Part shown: in pieces, positions 63,190 to 64,000 of the stretch
How the letters are laid out: every line of letters starts with the position of its first letter
Position numbering within the stretch: position 1 is the first letter of the stretch
Assembly (NCBI GenBank): GCA_021826685.1
Contig: JAKAYT010000001.1
Location: 14,789 to 78,788, forward strand
Direction: 5' to 3'
DNA length: 64,000 nucleotides
DNA from: Thermoplasmata archaeon
GTDB taxonomy: Archaea; Thermoplasmatota; Thermoplasmata; Lutacidiplasmatales; UBA184
Made by a program: the position numbers and the translations under genes
The notes under the pieces: model-generated
What the model was told of the DNA's origin: nothing
The model's input: the letters and a program-made list of their open reading frames with translations, nothing else
Database searches by the model: none

Positions 63190-63719
63190 TGGCGCGCGCT
63201 CCACCTCCGGTCTACGAGAAGTTCCGTGACGTACAGGCCGAGATCGAGAGGAGCGGCGCCGCGATATTCCGGGACGCGAACGGCGTGGAAAGCCTCGTCA
63301 TCCACTACCCGTACTCGATCAACTACATCCACAGCTACGCCGAAGACTCCCCGTTCTTTCTCGGGCTGGCGAACGGGAAGCTGATGGGTTCGAAGTGCAC
63401 CGCGCGACGCTGTGGCGCTACGTTCGCGACCCCGAGGGGTCACTGCATGCGCTGCGGCGCAGCGACGGAGTGGATCGATCTTCCGCTGCGGGGCAAGGTC
63501 CACTCGTGGACGACGTGCCACTTCGGCAGCGAAGCGTTCCTCAAGGAGACCCCGTACAACCTCGCGCTGGTCGAGTTCGAAGGGATCGGTAGCGTGATGC
63601 TCGTACGCCTCAAGGACGCGGTCGAATCCGACCTCTACGTCGGCATGCCGGTCGAGGCGAGGTTCGACCCGAACCCGAAGTACTCGATCACGGACGTCTG
63701 GTTCGTCCCGGTCCGCTAG
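63189..63719 (+). CDS. DUF35-type zinc-ribbon/OB-fold protein (thiolase partner)
   Basis: The ATG overlaps the thiolase stop (TGATG). The zinc ribbon is CTARRCGATFATPRGHCMRCG. An OB-like region follows: KVHSWTTCH...LALVEFEG. Confidence 0.8.
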   Translation: MARAPPPVYEKFRDVQAEIERSGAAIFRDANGVESLVIHYPYSINYIHSYAEDSPFFLGLANGKLMGSKCTARRCGATFATPRGHCMRCGAATEWIDLPLRGKVHSWTTCHFGSEAFLKETPYNLALVEFEGIGSVMLVRLKDAVESDLYVGMPVEARFDPNPKYSITDVWFVPVR

Positions 63720-63808
63720 GGCGAGGAGAACTCGTCCTCCGGCGGCCCTCCCCGGGCCGCCGGGTTCGATCCCTCGAACCGAGGTCGAACGCGCCGTCGC
63801 GAGGGAGA

Positions 63809-63882
63809 TGCCGCGGGCCGGGCTTGAACCGGCGGCTTCAAGATCTTCAGTCTTGCACTCTCCCAAACTGAGTTACCGCGGC
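63809..63882 (-). tRNA. tRNA-Phe (anticodon GAA)
   Basis: The 74-nt cloverleaf is GCCGCGG TA ACTC AGTTTGGGA GAGT G CAAGA CTGAAGA TCTTG AAGCC GCCGG TTCAAGC CCGGC CCGCGGC A. A TATA-like CATATAC lies about 30 nt upstream (63913-63920). Confidence 0.95.
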
Positions 63883-64000
63883 ACCACGACGCGCGCTCGC
63901 CTATCGTTCAGGGTATATGACAGGTTGGCGATGGATGTGCGCCGCGACCCGGATACCGGTCGAGCGAGCCTCCGGCCCTCGCCCTCCTTAGGGCATGCGC

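Noticed and set aside
63763-63780. GGTTCGA-TCCC-TCGAACC, a T-loop-like string after the DUF35 gene
   Set aside because: It forms a simple 7-bp hairpin with a 4-nt loop. No acceptor, D or anticodon arms can be built around it.
1-64000. Search for CRISPR arrays, long tandem repeats, IS elements, integrases and rRNA genes
   Set aside because: I saw no regularly spaced direct repeats, no transposase, integrase or Cas-like ORFs, and no rRNA-like sequence. The only accessory-like locus is vapBC plus the adjacent island.

Overview
This is a GC-rich, very gene-dense archaeal chromosome segment with many 4-nt start/stop overlaps. The encoded proteins show it is archaeal: aIF5A, aIF2-alpha, EF-1alpha, ribosomal proteins L44e/S27e/L15e/P0/P1, Nop5-fibrillarin-Nop10, tRNA-splicing endonuclease, aTrm56, archaeal-type DtdA, MBF1, GINS and ether-lipid enzymes. 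A euryarchaeal or Thermoplasmatota-like lineage is only a guess. I call about 75 protein genes and 3 tRNAs (Glu-CUC, Ala-UGC, Phe-GAA). I found no rRNA, no CRISPR array and no transposase, integrase or phage genes.

Gene blocks:
- 1-4.6 kb: alpha-glucan genes (GT4, GH57, GH15).
- 4.6-6.4 kb: ABC-2 exporter.
- 6.7-7.3 kb: vapBC toxin-antitoxin pair, followed by a 757-bp gene-free AT-rich island.
- 8-11 kb: MFS transporter, IlvE, cupin and VOC proteins.
- 11.5-15.7 kb: acyl-CoA dehydrogenase, CoA-transferase, PqqC/TenA-like protein and an HTH-ferritin-like protein.
- 15.7-23.1 kb: one minus-strand string of DGGGPS, GGGPS, DUF2070-like, M20 peptidase, CarS, PyrE and EndA.
- 23-27 kb: M16 peptidase pair, DtdA and a CBS protein.
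- 28-37 kb: aIF5A, PduO-type adenosyltransferase, GTPase, mevalonate kinase, Trm56, Nop10, aIF2-alpha, S27e, L44e, L1, P0 and P1.
- 37-47 kb: PurF, Nop5, fibrillarin, DRG GTPase, PAC2, MidA-like methyltransferase, GINS, Toprim protein, L15e and Pelota.
- 46.5-49.2 kb: RpoD, S11, S4 and S13.
- 49-58.9 kb: methyltransferase, DnaJ, DUF62-like protein, citrate synthase, MptD-like protein, PssA, Psd, S10 and EF-1alpha.
- 59.7-64 kb: MBF1, ArgF, thiolase and its DUF35-like partner.

The window is mostly core housekeeping, and I did not find a convincing new multi-gene system. The most unusual items are:
- a tRNA-Glu gene interrupted by a 28-nt insert in the T-arm;
- the palindrome- and iteron-rich gene-free island next to vapBC, with a self-contained candidate sRNA unit;
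- two more gene-free stretches of about 0.7 kb (58.9-59.7 kb and 61.1-61.8 kb);
- a PduO-type adenosyltransferase with ACG where its start codon should be;
- DUF2070-like and M20 genes embedded in the ether-lipid gene string.

All coordinates were indexed by hand. Start codons are less certain than stops. Family names come from my reading of the translated ORFs, not from database searches.
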